Positions 24,912-37,919 of a stretch of DNA of 48,666 bases are shown in pieces. Each line of letters opens with the position of its first letter. Position 1 is the first letter of the stretch. A model generated the notes under the pieces. That model worked only from the letters and a program-made list of their open reading frames with translations. It had not been told where the DNA came from and searched no databases. The stretch spans positions 1 to 48,666 of the forward strand of contig NW_021826279.1 of NCBI RefSeq assembly GCF_006345805.1. The letters are read 5' to 3'. This DNA is from Octopus sinensis. Taxonomy: Eukaryota. Position numbers and translations under genes: made by a program.

Positions 24912-25320
24912 TAGAGGCATGGCTGTGTAGTATGAAGTTGGCTTCGGAACTACATGGTTCCGGGACCGGTCCCACCATAAGACACCTTAGTCAAGTACCT
25001 TCTATCATAAGTTCGGACCATCAAAATCTTTGAGAGTGGGTTTGGTAGACGAAAAATGAAGGAATCCCGTGGTATGTATGTATATACATCCATCCACCCA
25101 TCCATCCATCCATCCGTCCATCCATCCACCCATCCATCCATCCATCCATCCATCCATCCATCCATCCATCTCCACACCCATCCATCCATCCATCCATCCA
25201 TCCTCCATCTATCCATCCATCCACCCATCCATCATCCATCCATCCATCCACCATCCACCCTCATCCATCCATCCATACATCCATCCATACATACATACAT
25301 CATACATATATACATACATA

Positions 25321-25375
<55 letters not shown>

Positions 25376-25860
25376 TATATATATATATATAGATATATGC
25401 AAAAATGGCATATTCTGAATGAACAAGGAAATGTAGTTCCGATGGTAGAATGATTTCTGTGAATTAGGTAAACAAAGTCATTCGGAAGCCCGGGTCTGTG
25501 GGAGCGTGCGGTAAATAGTTAAACCCCCACACCACCTCAAACCCCACCCCCAAGAAGAAACACGTGCTGCTAATACATTGCATGTACCACGTCCTCGCGT
25601 TGTTGCTTTTTTTCTTGTGTTTTTCCTTTTTTTAATGATATATATATATATGGTGTATCTGTATTTGTCTCCTTCTCTTCACCGCTTGAGAACTGGTGTT
25701 GGTGTGTTTATGTCCTCTATGATTCAGCGGTTCGGCTGACGAGAATGATAGAATAACTATCACGCGTCAGAAATAATTACTGGGATCGATCTGTTCGACT
25801 AATCTCATGGCGGTGCTCCAGTGTGGCCGCGTATAATGAGTGCAACATTAGACAAAAGAT
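24912..25860 (+). mobile_element. SINE A split by expansion and insertion in its internal microsatellite
   Basis: Head 24912-25073 and 3' half about 25650-25860, separated by (CATC)n, (TA)n and a unique segment of about 240 bp. Confidence 0.7.
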
Positions 25861-25871
25861 AATATATATAT

Positions 25872-25931
<60 letters not shown>

Positions 25932-26467
25932 CCATATATATATATACACGTATATATATATGTATAAGTATATATACAATGTATGTATATTATGTATGCG
26001 TGTATGTCTGTTTGTGTCTGTGTCTCTACGTGTGGCCGTCCTTAATTTGTAATGCTCCACTTTGGCATATGTCCACAGTCTTAAAATAATATATCATAGC
26101 ATAATTATACTTGAAACAAATTTGAAGAATTATTGATTAGTAGATAGCCTGAAAGTCTTACGTCCATAAGAAACAAAGGTTAAAATTTTGTATATAATAA
26201 TTAAATTGTTTATAGACTAGCGAACGTCTAGAGAGAAATATACTGACCAAAAGCTTTTACACCAGCCACATCCTCTTGTGAACATCCAAGCATGAAATAG
26301 ACAATTTTCTATGTTAACAACACAATGACATACTCGACAAATAAGCTCCACCTTCCAAATACAAAAAAGAAAGGCCATAAATATCAACAGCAAGTAAAGA
26401 AGACTACTGAGCAGCTAAAACATAGAACCTCCGTACTTCTTTGTGTAAGACCTTATTCTTCATAAAG

Positions 26468-26571
<104 letters not shown>

Positions 26572-26597
26572 ATTGATATATAGATATAGTATGATAT

Positions 26598-27232
26598 AGT
26601 ATGTGCCGCTGAAGAGGGGAAAATTTTTGTGAATTAACCCCGGTAATAACGAATTTTTTAGAGATTTCTATCGGTTTTTTTCGAGACGCATAAATTTAAT
26701 GGTTATCGACAATTTTTTTGTTTCGGCGTATCTGGCATTAGGATTTTTCTTCTGCCCTTATCTTGTAAATTATGTATAAATTTTACCTTTAAAGGCATTT
26801 TTTGATATGCTGGCCATTGATAAAATTTTTTCCCGAAAACAATTTTATCCTATATCAATTATAAATAGATTAGTGTTTCACTTCCGGATTCTATCACTCT
26901 GTGAAAGTTTCTAGTTCGAATCATACGTGTCTCGAGGTGCGCCGAAGATTTTTCTATTTGGATATATTTGGGGTACTTAAGTCTGCTCGGGACTTGGTGC
27001 TTGCTTCTTCCGTGGGTATGAATAAGTATTTCATTTATATCTTGAGTATGTGCCGCTGAAGAGGGGAAAATTTCTTGTGAATTAACCCCGAAATTGGACC
27101 AATACGGTAATAACGAATTTTTTAGAGATTTCTATCGGTTTATTTCGAGACGAATAAATTTAATGGTTATCGACAATCTTTTTGTTTCGGCGTATATGGC
27201 ATTAGAATTTTTCTTCTGCCCTTATCTTGTAA
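26598..27232 (+). mobile_element. Retrozyme/Penelope-pLTR-like partial tandem: 447-bp unit plus 188-bp repeat of its start
   Basis: 26598-26768 repeats at 27045-27232; each repeat starts with a hammerhead sequence; (TA)n on both sides; no ORF. Confidence 0.8.
27051..27109 (+). ncRNA. Canonical type I hammerhead ribozyme
   Basis: TGCCG-CTGAAGA-GGGG-(19 nt)-CCCC-GAA-ATTGG-A-CCAAT-A-CGGTA. All core nucleotides and three helices are present; predicted cleavage after A27104 (AUA). Confidence 0.85.
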
Positions 27233-27664
27233 TATATATATATATCTAGATATATATATATATATATATTATATGATATATATATTATACATACGATACA
27301 TACATCCCATACATACATATATATATATATATATTATATATATAGTTTATATATTATATATAATATATATATATATATATATAGTATATATATTATATAT
27401 ATACATGTATATACAATATATGCAAATCACATCTTACTTACATAGACACATTTGTATGTATGTATGTATGTATGCATGTATGTATGTATATATATATATA
27501 TGTGTGTGTGTGTGTATGTATGTATGTGTGTACGTGTAGGCAGTATCTCTTGCAGTCTTTTGTAGACAGATTTCAACTTATTCTCAGGATGGTCAATTAT
27601 AGAGAGATCGATATTTTTTCCAGTTTCTCTGCTCTCTGAGTTTCAAATTACGCCGAGGTCAACT

Positions 27665-27880
27665 GATGCCATTACCATCCATCAATGTAAAGAAAATTCT
27701 AGCCCTATACGCCCTCTATGAGACGCTGGAAGTAGGCTCAGACCACATTGAGATATTCGGGAGATCTAGATGTAACCAATCTGATTGTCGGATGTGCATT
27801 AGATATTTTGCAAGGCTATTGATCCCACTTGAATCGACTCTGCCCACACAATCCCAAAATTCTATTCAAAGACGTTGTGT
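27665..27880 (-). pseudogene. Possible RTE-type AP-endonuclease relic
   Basis: Minus frame TSDNQIGYI*ISR...HRGRIG resembles T.NQIDHI.IS..R...RGAD. Confidence 0.35.
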
Positions 27881-28439
27881 CCGAAACCCCTAGATGTCTT
27901 ACGAGGTAAATATATATGCTGTGAGATATATCTGAGGTTCATTTGTTTTGTTAACTAATTTCACACAGACGTAATGTAATTTTACTACATGTTTAGCCGT
28001 GGAACAAATTTTGCGGCTAAATATCTCGCATAGAAAGAATATTGTATCGCGTAGAATATTGTGTTGCTTAGCTGAGCTGTCTGTGCAACTAACTTTCATG
28101 TATGTACGGATGGATGGATGGATGTATAGATGCAGGGATGGATTGATGGGTGGATGGATGGATGGGTGGATAGATGAGGAATGGATGGACGGATGGAGCG
28201 AGCGAGAGAGGGAGGAAGAAATAGTTGTATATATGCATGTATGATTATGCGCACACAAATATGTATATACGTGTGTGTGCTTGTGTTTGTATATATATAT
28301 GCATGGTATGCACTTATAAATATACGTATATACACACATACACGCATTTATATATGTATATATGTATATATATATGTATATATATGAGCTTTTTATATGA
28401 GTTCTGTCATGGATATCCATTTGCGTCAACATACAAAAC

Positions 28440-28440
<1 letters not shown>

Positions 28441-28529
<89 letters not shown>

Positions 28530-28530
28530 T
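28441..28530. repeat. (GTA)n microsatellite
   Basis: Directly visible. Confidence 0.95.
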
Positions 28531-28871
28531 TAAGGGAGGTAGGCATCTTATGCAACCAGAAACCCATTATATAATATTTATTGTAGGACTACAAATATAT
28601 CTGGTAAAGAATAACGTGAAAACTAATACTAATCGCTGGAAAACACGAACGAAACAAAAAGACGAAAAAAGATTGTTTTCTGTCTTCAAGGAAACGAAAA
28701 TTTACAAAACAGAGACGGAAATGACGGGGAGCTGTGAGGGGAGAGAGAGAAGAAGAAACATCAAGAGAATTTGTTAAAAGGCTAAAAAGAAATCTATAAA
28801 CGTGGATACAGAGTGTCACGATAAAATGATGGGAGGAAGAAGAAAAATATGGAAAATGAAGTAATATAAAA

Positions 28872-28925
28872 ATGAAAGAAAGAAAGAAAGGAAGAAAGGG
28901 AGAAAGAAAGAAAGAAAGGAAGGAA

Positions 28926-28991
<66 letters not shown>

Positions 28992-29020
28992 CAGAAAGAA
29001 AGGAAGGAAGAGGGTAAGAA
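28872..29020. repeat. (GAAA)n microsatellite
   Basis: Directly visible. Confidence 0.95.
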
Positions 29021-30120
29021 AGGAAAACAGAAAGAAGCCGAATAGGGTGAAAATAGGGAAAGAAATATTTGTTACAATGGATGCGTCTTAATTGCAACAG
29101 TGCAGGATCAAAGCTTTCCAAGCAGGAACAACAAAAGATGTAATGATGCATAAAACAATAAATAGCTGTACAAGATGTGGAGATGGGCAAGAAATACAGC
29201 AAGAGACAATTAAACACATTGTCTCTGACAGTCGGATGAGAATACAGCCACAACAGACATGACAGCGCGTTGGTGGGGTTTCATACGCCGGAAGTTATTC
29301 TCGCGTTCTGAAATACAAACGAGTTAGAGGCCGTACAAAGCGCACACAGCGGTCTGGTACTAACCGCTGTGGCTGGTGACAGAATGACATTTCTTAAACT
29401 ATTCTAACGGCATTGATCTATCGATTCCACTCGTGAGAGAGGGAAATAAAAACCTGACCAAATAAAAGAAATACAGAGCCAGTTTCTTATCAGCGCTTTA
29501 AAATAGATTTTGGAAGGCGTAGCTATGTTTCTCAGAAGCTTGCTTCCCAACCATGTTGTGAAAGATTATAATTATGCCACGAATTTTGTTCCATAGTTAT
29601 GGTTCTTGAAATCATTATGCTACAATCTATTTCATTATGTTAAACATTTTCAGTTATGGCTTCGGTTTTCGTTCCATAGTCGAGGTGTTGAAGACCGTAA
29701 CGGCCGAATTCTTGACATGGAAAACGAAATATTACTGTAGATTATCTTTCCGTAATAATAATCAACAAGGCGGTAATCCAGCATGGCTATAGCCGTGAGG
29801 TGGAATTCAAACCAAAGAGAAATGGATCTAGTTGTTGAAAGATCCCTTCTTCCCTGTTTGCATAGCAACTATCACTTCGTGTATCGTCAATTCATTGATG
29901 AATATTTAAACATTTCCTTTCTGGTTCTTTACGTTCAATATTCAAATTCTGCTATGGTGGATTTCAAAATTTCGTGGTTGATAAAGTAAAGATGTTATCG
30001 ACTTACATCCCCGCCCACTTAAATTGACGGCCTAGGGCTAAAATTTGAAACCATTATAGTTCATGTTTCCTTCTATAAATATTGTAGATATTCCGTTGAC
30101 TTGCTTTTGTGAATACTGCT

Positions 30121-30836
30121 ATTAAATCCTATTAATGTGTTAGCTAAGTTATTGATTGTATATATTAAAGACAGAGGCAGTATTAATATCAAGCGGTTCA
30201 ATTTATCCCCACTCAAACGTGGATGGTTTGTTAGATGACGCTTTACTTCGGTAGCTACCATGAGAGGAACTCTCATATCCCTTTTTTGTGTAAAGTCTAA
30301 GCTTGTTTATATCGCTAGCGGGGAGATAAATCCCACCAATTCCAGTAACAAGAACACCAGATCACATGATTTCAACGTTCCTTGGTCTCATCGGTGATGG
30401 ATACCCGACAGCTAGAGATAGCAGTGAGCTCAATTGCAAGGCATTGTAGCTAATTTCAAGTCATGCCATATGTGGATATTATTATTAAATCTTATTAAAA
30501 TGTTAGCTGAATTATTAGTTATATTTATTGGCGACAGATGCAGTATTAATAGCGAGAGGTATTATTTATCCCCACTCAAATGTAGACGTTCTGTTAGATG
30601 AAACTTTGCTGTGGTAGATACCATGAAAGAAACACTCATATACGTTTTTGGTATAAAGAGCACGCTTGCTTATAGCGCTAGCGGGGAGATAAATACCCAC
30701 CAACTCCAGCAACGAGACCACCAGTTCACGTGATTTCAACGTTCCCTGGTTTCATCGAAGATGGACACTTGGTAGCAAATGATGGAAGCGAGCTCGATTT
30801 GCGAAAACAAACAGTAGCTAATTTCAAATCATGCCA
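30121..30836. repeat. Old tandem duplication, period about 363 bp
   Basis: Units 30121-30468 and 30484-30836 share collinear blocks (atttatccccactcaaa, cgctagcggggagataaat, gatttcaacgttcc, tagctaatttcaa.tcatgcca). Confidence 0.9.
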
Positions 30837-31549
30837 GGAAATCTTGAAAATTTGTATCTACATATATAACATGTACAAAAAGGCAGATGGGCAGACTAGA
30901 CTATATCTAATCATGGCTGTACACGTTCTGTGATGACCTGGGGTTAAACAAAAATGACTTCAAGAACAGCAACAATAACAATACGAGCAGCACTATGTAT
31001 AGACGTTTGTGCCAATATCTAATGACTTATTATTAATTTCGGAAAATCTCTAGACATCGCTAAGAATACTTCTAACGGTTTCGAACATAAAATTCAAAAT
31101 GGCAGAGATGAGTCATTTGTTAGAATTGCTAAGAAATCCACAAATTCACATTAGCATTATTACATTAATTACATTACCTTACTTCCATTTATTATTTATT
31201 ACTAATAAGTTAAAAAGACTGTGTATGCATACATGCAGGCATACATACGTACATACTTACATACATACATAATATACATATGCTTGCGCTTGTGTCTATC
31301 TCTCTCTCTATCTATCTATCAATTTATATAGATATATTTATATATAAATATGTATGTATGAATATGAATATATCTATGTATACATATATATATATATTTA
31401 TATGTACGTATATATACGTATATATATATATATATGTATACATATGTGCATATATATACGTATATATTTATTACACACAATATATACATGCATGTGCTTG
31501 CGTATGTGCGTGTGCTGTTGAAAACTGAATATACTTCCATCAGTTTTTA

Positions 31550-31596
<47 letters not shown>

Positions 31597-32359
31597 TAAT
31601 AAATAAAATATATGCATACATACAAACATATATGTACGTACCTACATCTACATGTATATATACATGCATATATAAATATATATACGTAAGTACAGGACAC
31701 CACAAAAAGACGTAGAACTCAACAGAAACGAAAACGGAAAAGTCATTTGTTTACAACAGAAAGACAGAGACGTGGAACAGGACGAGAACGAAAACGGGAA
31801 AAATATTATTTACAACAGAAAAACAAGGTACAGGACAAGCTACACAAGGAAAATCCCCAATCATCAGCTGTCGCTAGTAGACTTAAGCGTGTTTCGAAGG
31901 CAAGATCATAATCGTTTTCTGAATCCCTTTCACTCGTACAAGATACGCGCATACCATCACTGGTAGACGCATTCGCTGATTCACAAACATTCGTAGACAA
32001 ACATATAGATTTCGAGTTCAAAAACAAGGCTAGGGGTGTTTCCTTAGAAGAAGCTTCTTTTCGCACTCTATAAATTTCTCAGGAACGCGCAGAAGCATCT
32101 GTTATGGCAGTAGAAAGTTTTTCACTTCGTTTAAAATTTGGACCTTGTGCTTGAAAAATAAATCTCGTCAACCCGACGTCGCGTAAAGCGGGTACTCGAA
32201 AAGTGAGGCATTACTGTACTAGTATGTCCATTATAACAGTGAAAGTCCTGAAGTTTACATATTTCAGATTACATTAGTCACTAGCACATATTCTCGGATT
32301 TACATGCTTCTGCCTTTTAGAATTTGTGTTTTTGTATTATATTATTAGTATCTGTTTAT

Positions 32360-32945
32360 ATCAAGGCGAGATGGAAGACTGCTTAGCATGCCTCAGATAA
32401 TCCTTAGCCTCATTTCGCCCGTTTTGAGTGCAAATTCCGTCAAAATCAACTTCGCCTTTCAACCTTTCGGTGACGATGACATAAGCTCCAATTCAACATT
32501 GAGATCGATGTAGTTGACTTGCCTCAAAATATCAGGCGTTGTGCCTATACTGGAAAGGATTATTAATTTTCGTCCGTCTTTCCATTCTGTGTTCAAATTT
32601 CATCGAAGTCGACTTTACCTTCCATCGTCTTGGGGATAAAATAAAATAAGTACCAGTTGAGTACTGGGGGTCGCAGTAATCGACCTACACTCTACTCCAA
32701 AACTGCTGACAGTGGGCCTAATTTGAAACGAATATTAGGGCGCCGTTCTGGCACAATCGTTAGCACACATGCTTAGCGTCATCTGTCTACGTTGTGAGTT
32801 CAAATTCCGCCGAGGCTGATTCTACTTTCACTTTTCGGGGTCATTTAAATAGGCAACACATGGACAATAGCGTCGATGCAACCAACTACTAACCTCCTCC
32901 AGAGTTGCTGGCCTTGTGCCGAAATTTGAATCCAATAGGAATATC
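32360..32945 (+). mobile_element. Cluster of three decayed SINE B copies
   Basis: Repeated ttcaaatt...gtcgacttt/cttcgcctttc...aataagtaccagttgag and ggccttgtgcc tails. Confidence 0.75.
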
Positions 32946-33681
32946 AATATATAATTAAGACTCGATATTATGTTTGCGCTGACATATAACTTGAGGGTAT
33001 ACACAAAGGAACGGCAAATACACACGTACACAAACACATACGTACGCACACAGACATGTACGTACGCACACTCTCAAACGAATTATATAAATCATTGAAT
33101 TTATATTTGTATATGTATGCATATGTAAGTATATACGAAAAACATCCATGAATAAATACATATATTTGTATATATACGTATAGATATATACACACATGTG
33201 CATATATATATAAGTGTGTGTGTGTGAGAGAGAGAGAGAGTGCGTGTGTGTGTATATATACATACATACATACATACATATATATATGCACAAACAGAAT
33301 GCATACATATGTACATATATATATTTATGTATGCATTGTTTGTGTATATCGATGTACACGAACACACACACATATGTACACACATATATGCATATATACC
33401 TACATATATATGTATATGTACGTATATACGTACATACATATACCGTACGTAAGTATATATCTACAAATGTGTATATATATGTATGTATATACAGATGGTA
33501 TCACTACACAGCCGAAGATACACAGGTGTATTTACACTGACGAGTTTTCGAGAATGTTCTTGTCTGCTGGTCAGTCAACATGGTGTAATATCTCGAATTT
33601 GTTGTCTCTCCATTGTAGCAGAACGGAATCCCTTTGTATTCGTCCTCTCTTTTCTTTATACATACATACATACATACATGC

Positions 33682-33712
<31 letters not shown>

Positions 33713-34229
33713 TGTATGTATGTATGTATGCATGTATGTATGTATGTATGTATGTATGTATGTATGCATATATACACATGTGTGTGCGTGTGCGTGTGCG
33801 TGTGTGTGTGTGCTTATGTGTGTGCCCGTGTGTGTGTTTATGATATGTATGTTCGATTGTATGTGTAATAGAAATCGATGAGTTCAGAGTGATAATTGTG
33901 TGACCAGTAGGATGTAGATATTTAGATAATTGCATTCACACTTACAAGCACAAATGTTCACACACACACACACGTACGCACACACACTCACTCATTCACA
34001 AATACACACACACAAACACAAACATACACACGCACACATACACCCAGGTTTCAACTTCTATTACCTCACCTCTGGCTTCTTTCTTCATATCGACTCCTTT
34101 GTCTTTTCCCTGGTTAGTAATATTATCCTCATTTAAACATTCTATCTTCTTCTAAACTCGATATTTTATATATTACATACATACATACATGCATATATAT
34201 ATATATATCTATATATTAATATATATATA

Positions 34230-34420
34230 TTTGAAATTTACAGAAAAGCAAAAGACGAAGACAGGGCTATAGATAACAAGCAGGTGTATTTGTGTGACGC
34301 TCGGGAGGTGAGAATGTCTTTTAGGTTTCGAGCCTACGCTCTTCAACAGAAAGGAACACGAGGAAGTACACAGAGAGAGAAATAAAAAAGAAGAAACTTT
34401 TGGAGTTAGCGGTCAATCAT
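34230..34420 (-). mobile_element. (TA)n-flanked short insert with hammerhead variant
   Basis: 34317-34354 minus: CTTT-CTGTTGA-A-GAGC-GTAG-GCTC-GAAAC-CTA-AAAG; core identical to the 12756-12793 copy. Confidence 0.7.
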
Positions 34421-34422
34421 GG

Positions 34423-34450
<28 letters not shown>

Positions 34451-34454
<4 letters not shown>

Positions 34455-35060
34455 CTAGCTGAACAGCCCCTTGTTGCCAGGCAATTTCTACAATATAATG
34501 TCTTATATAATTTTTTATTTATTCCATGTCAGACCATGCCTTCCCCGACAGATTGGCCTCTTGATCAGGACAGATTTGTGCAACTTTTTGCCCAAAAATT
34601 TCTTTGCGGATGATTTTTCTTTTTAAATTATTTACATGTCTTTTCGACCGTTTCACATGACTTTATTCATTAAAACTTTAGAAGTTTTTACAACTTTAGT
34701 CATCGTAATGCTTTGCTTTACTCTGTTTAATAAAAATTACTCCTCGTAATGATTTTGCTTTCATTTCATGATAGACAGCAATCATGCAAAAATGCCAGCT
34801 ATTATGCACAAAATGCCAGCTTCCAAATCTTTTTCTGATTAGACAAAATTGATTAAAATTTAAACCTCAGTAACATCATTCTGCAACTTTTCTGGAACAC
34901 ATAAATAGCAAAATCGGACTTAACATGAAAACTTATTTCCATATACCAAATTTGGAAATATTGACGTGATAATAAAATTTCACAAAATGTAACAGCTACA
35001 AGGAAGATCCTACGAAAATAGAGAGACAGAGAGTTATGGGACGTGACACACACATTTATA
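34451..35060 (+). mobile_element. Possible Helitron/Helentron-type non-autonomous element
   Basis: Begins tactagctgaacagcccc..gttgcc after (TA)n and contains ataccaaattt, loosely like HINE/DINE-type ends; single copy here. Confidence 0.25.
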
Positions 35061-35105
35061 AAGGTACAAACAGGTAATCACGAGTTTAAAATGGTGTAAG
35101 TAGAC

Positions 35106-35149
<44 letters not shown>

Positions 35150-35621
35150 TGTATGTATGTATGTGTGTGTATGTATGTATGTATGTATGTATGTATGTAT
35201 GTATGTGTGTATGTATGTGTGTGTGTCTGTGTGTGAGCACTTCTTTGTGATGGACAGCAGATAAGCGACCAATCCCATCTCTCCTTAAAGCTGCATATTT
35301 CTCACACCCCTCTTTCTATGTGTGTGTGTGTTTGTGTATGTGTTTATTGTATCTGTGTATTTACAAAAGTATGTATGCAGTGTCGCATGCATATGACCGC
35401 TGTATTAACGTTATTATCCAATTGCCATCTTAACTGAGATAAGTCTCCCTTTCTCTGATTTCTGTTTTACTCGGATGGACGCTCGGATGGAGCCTTCGCT
35501 GTTTAAAACAAACCCCAATATAAGATACAGAAAAATTTATTCTCAAACGCATTATAATGCTAATACAATAGCATGAACAGGATAAACTGTCCATATATTG
35601 CAGAAAAAATTATTACCGGCC

Positions 35622-35660
35622 AGCCATGAGACTCGAACTCACGTCCCTGTGATTACGCGT
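35622..35660 (-). other. tRNA-like 3' half (T-arm/B-box fragment), not a complete tRNA
   Basis: Minus strand taatcacagggacgtgagttcgagtctca; no D-arm or acceptor partner. Confidence 0.4.
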
Positions 35661-35869
35661 TATATTATATCTTAAAATTAAACATTATTAGTAACTGTAT
35701 TAAAAAAAATTGTGCATCGTAGAAATATAACCAGTTTATGTCACATAAATTCTAACTCCAGCAAATTTTGACAGCAAATTTTAATAGCAAACCGAGCAAA
35801 CCCAGAGATTTGGAGGAATGATGCACTGCGTTAGCTTAAGGAGTGAATATCGATTCGAAACCTTGGTTC

Positions 35870-36080
35870 AAGGCCAGGGATTTCAGGGAGGGGGTAAGGT
35901 TAATATATCAACCCCAGTACTTAATTGGTACTATTTTAATGACCCTGAAAGAAGGAAAGGCAAAGTCGACTAAAGGCTAAAGGAAGACAAAAATCCTTTC
36001 CACTATAAGCACAAGGCCTGCAATTACTCAACTGGTACTTATTTTATCGACCCCCGAATGAATGAAAGGGAAGTGAAAAA
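35870..36080 (-). mobile_element. SINE B fragments
   Basis: ccccagtacttaattggtac, gaaggaaaggcaaagtcgac, actggtacttattttatcgacccc. Confidence 0.75.
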
Positions 36081-36626
36081 ATGGTGAAGTTTGTATGTAT
36101 ATAAAAGGAAAAGGAGAGGTAGGAGAAGGTGAATGAAGGATATATTGTGAATAAGAGGCGGGATGTTTACACTTGGAACGCCTTACATTTCAGGTGTCCT
36201 GGACGGATCAGTGATGATCTGAGCTGCAGCAGTAGTGGCAGCATCGGCATCGATGACAGCAGCAACCCCATAACCTCTTCAAATCATGATAGAAATACGA
36301 ACTGGTGTTGCCTCCTTCAACAGCGTGGATATTCGACGCGTAGTTCTCCCTCCTTTGAAGTCCTTCTTCTTCATTTTCTCCCCTTCTGCCGCTGCTTCTC
36401 CCCCTTCACCTTCTGCTCCTTCTTCTCCTCTTCCTCCTCCACTTCTACCCTTTATCTCATACTACTCCCCTCACCCTATGGTATCAATGTGACGTAACTG
36501 CCCGGCAATGACGGAAGCTCCAAGCTGTCAACGTTTTCAGCATCAGTGTAAACTATAACACTTCTGTTGCTGCCGAGTTATGTTGTCGTCATCGCTATTG
36601 TGGTTGGGGTGTTGAAGACGGTTACG

Positions 36627-36910
36627 GCGGCGGTGGCGGAAGCGGCGGCGGCGGCGGAGGCGGAGGCGGCGGCGGTGGCGGAGGCGGCGGCGGTGGATGA
36701 GGCGGCGGCGGTGGCGGAGGTGGCGGAGGCAGCGGCGGTGGCGGTGGCGGAGGCGGAGGCGCGGCGGCGGAGGCGGAGGCGGCGGTGGCGGAGGCGGCGG
36801 CGGTGGCGGAGGCGGCGGCGGTGGCGGAGGCGGCGGCGGTGGCGGAGGCGGCGGCGGTGGCGGAGGCGGCGGCGGCGGTGGCGGAGGCGGCGGCGGCGGT
36901 GGAGGTGGCA
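36627..36910. repeat. GC-rich minisatellite built on GGCGGAGGCGGCGGCGGT (18 bp)
   Basis: Exact units at 36787, 36805, 36823 and 36841, with variants on either side. Confidence 0.95.
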
Positions 36911-37229
36911 GCAGTGAGGGTGGTGTCCGTGGTGTAGTTGTTCTTGTAATCGCCGCAGCAGTTATTGTTCTTGCTGGTTGTGTAGGTGGTCGTGAAGATG
37001 GTGGAGGCGGTGGCGTTGTCGTTGTTGTCGATGTTGGTGTCGTTCCTGTTGTTGTTGTTGGTGGTGTCGTGGTCGTCGTTACGAGAGGTTGTCACTTTGA
37101 TAATCTCATAAACTGCCAACACCACCACCACCATCACAATCATCATCATCATCATCATCCTGAATATTCATTCGGATTGTGTTTGTTTTGGTTTATTGTT
37201 CTTTGTTTTAACATTTCCCTTCGACACTT

Positions 37230-37760
37230 CTTTCCTGTCTCCATATCTTCCTCCTCTTCATCCTCCCCTCTTTTTCATTCCTCTGTCTCTCATCTCCCTC
37301 TCCCTTTCTCATCCTCTCCTTTTCTCATCTTCTCTCTTTCTTATCCTCTCTCGCCATTCTCTCTCTCTTCCACCTCTCTTCCTCTCCTTTCTCTCCTAAA
37401 CACCTCCTCTCCGATCCCATCACCTCCCTCATCTCCTCGTCTCTTTCATCTTCCTTTTCCATCCTCCACCTTCTCCTCTTTCCTTCTCCTCTCTGCTTCT
37501 CACTTGACTCTCTCTCTCTCCTCTCTCTCTCTCTCACACACACTTCTCTCTCTCTCCTTCCTTTTAATCCTCTTCCTCTCTCTTTACTCTTTCCCCTAGC
37601 TCTCCTCCTCACACTCCCCCTTCACCCTCAAACTCTCCCCCTCCTCCTCCTCCTCCTCCTCCTCCTCCTCCCCATCCTCATTTTCTCTACATCTCTCCAC
37701 TCTATCTCAATCCTTCTCTCCCTGCAAACCCCGCACCATCCTCCCGCACCATCCGTTGTC
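37230..37760. repeat. Polypyrimidine/polypurine tract with (CT)n and (CCT)n
   Basis: Directly visible strand-biased composition. Confidence 0.85.
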
Positions 37761-37919
37761 TTTGTCCTGATTGATCCATCCCTTTCACTCTTATACCCAT
37801 TCAATCAACTTCGATTTATCTAAATGTTCAATTGTTGCTTCTCAAAGTCTCAAGGGGCGATTCACATTCTCGTTCTCGTTCTGCTCTCTGCACTTCTGCT
37901 CTTTTGAAGTGAAATAAAG

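Noticed and set aside
26769-27044. Penelope GIY-YIG or RT coding remnant in the retrozyme-like spacer
   Set aside because: The frames I translated are interrupted by stops and show no recognisable motif.
29345-29371. 9-bp GC-rich hairpin CACAGCGGT/ACCGCTGTG
   Set aside because: Isolated short stem with no supporting context.
33537-33610. CTGACGA followed by a TTCGAGA/TCTCGAA stem
   Set aside because: No GAAA box in register and no helix I.
35622-35660. tRNA gene
   Set aside because: Only a T-arm-like half is present; no cloverleaf.
36129-37599. ORFs of 116-300 aa around the GC-rich repeat
   Set aside because: Low-complexity in every frame with no recognisable domain; a tttcag acceptor near 36193 alone is insufficient.
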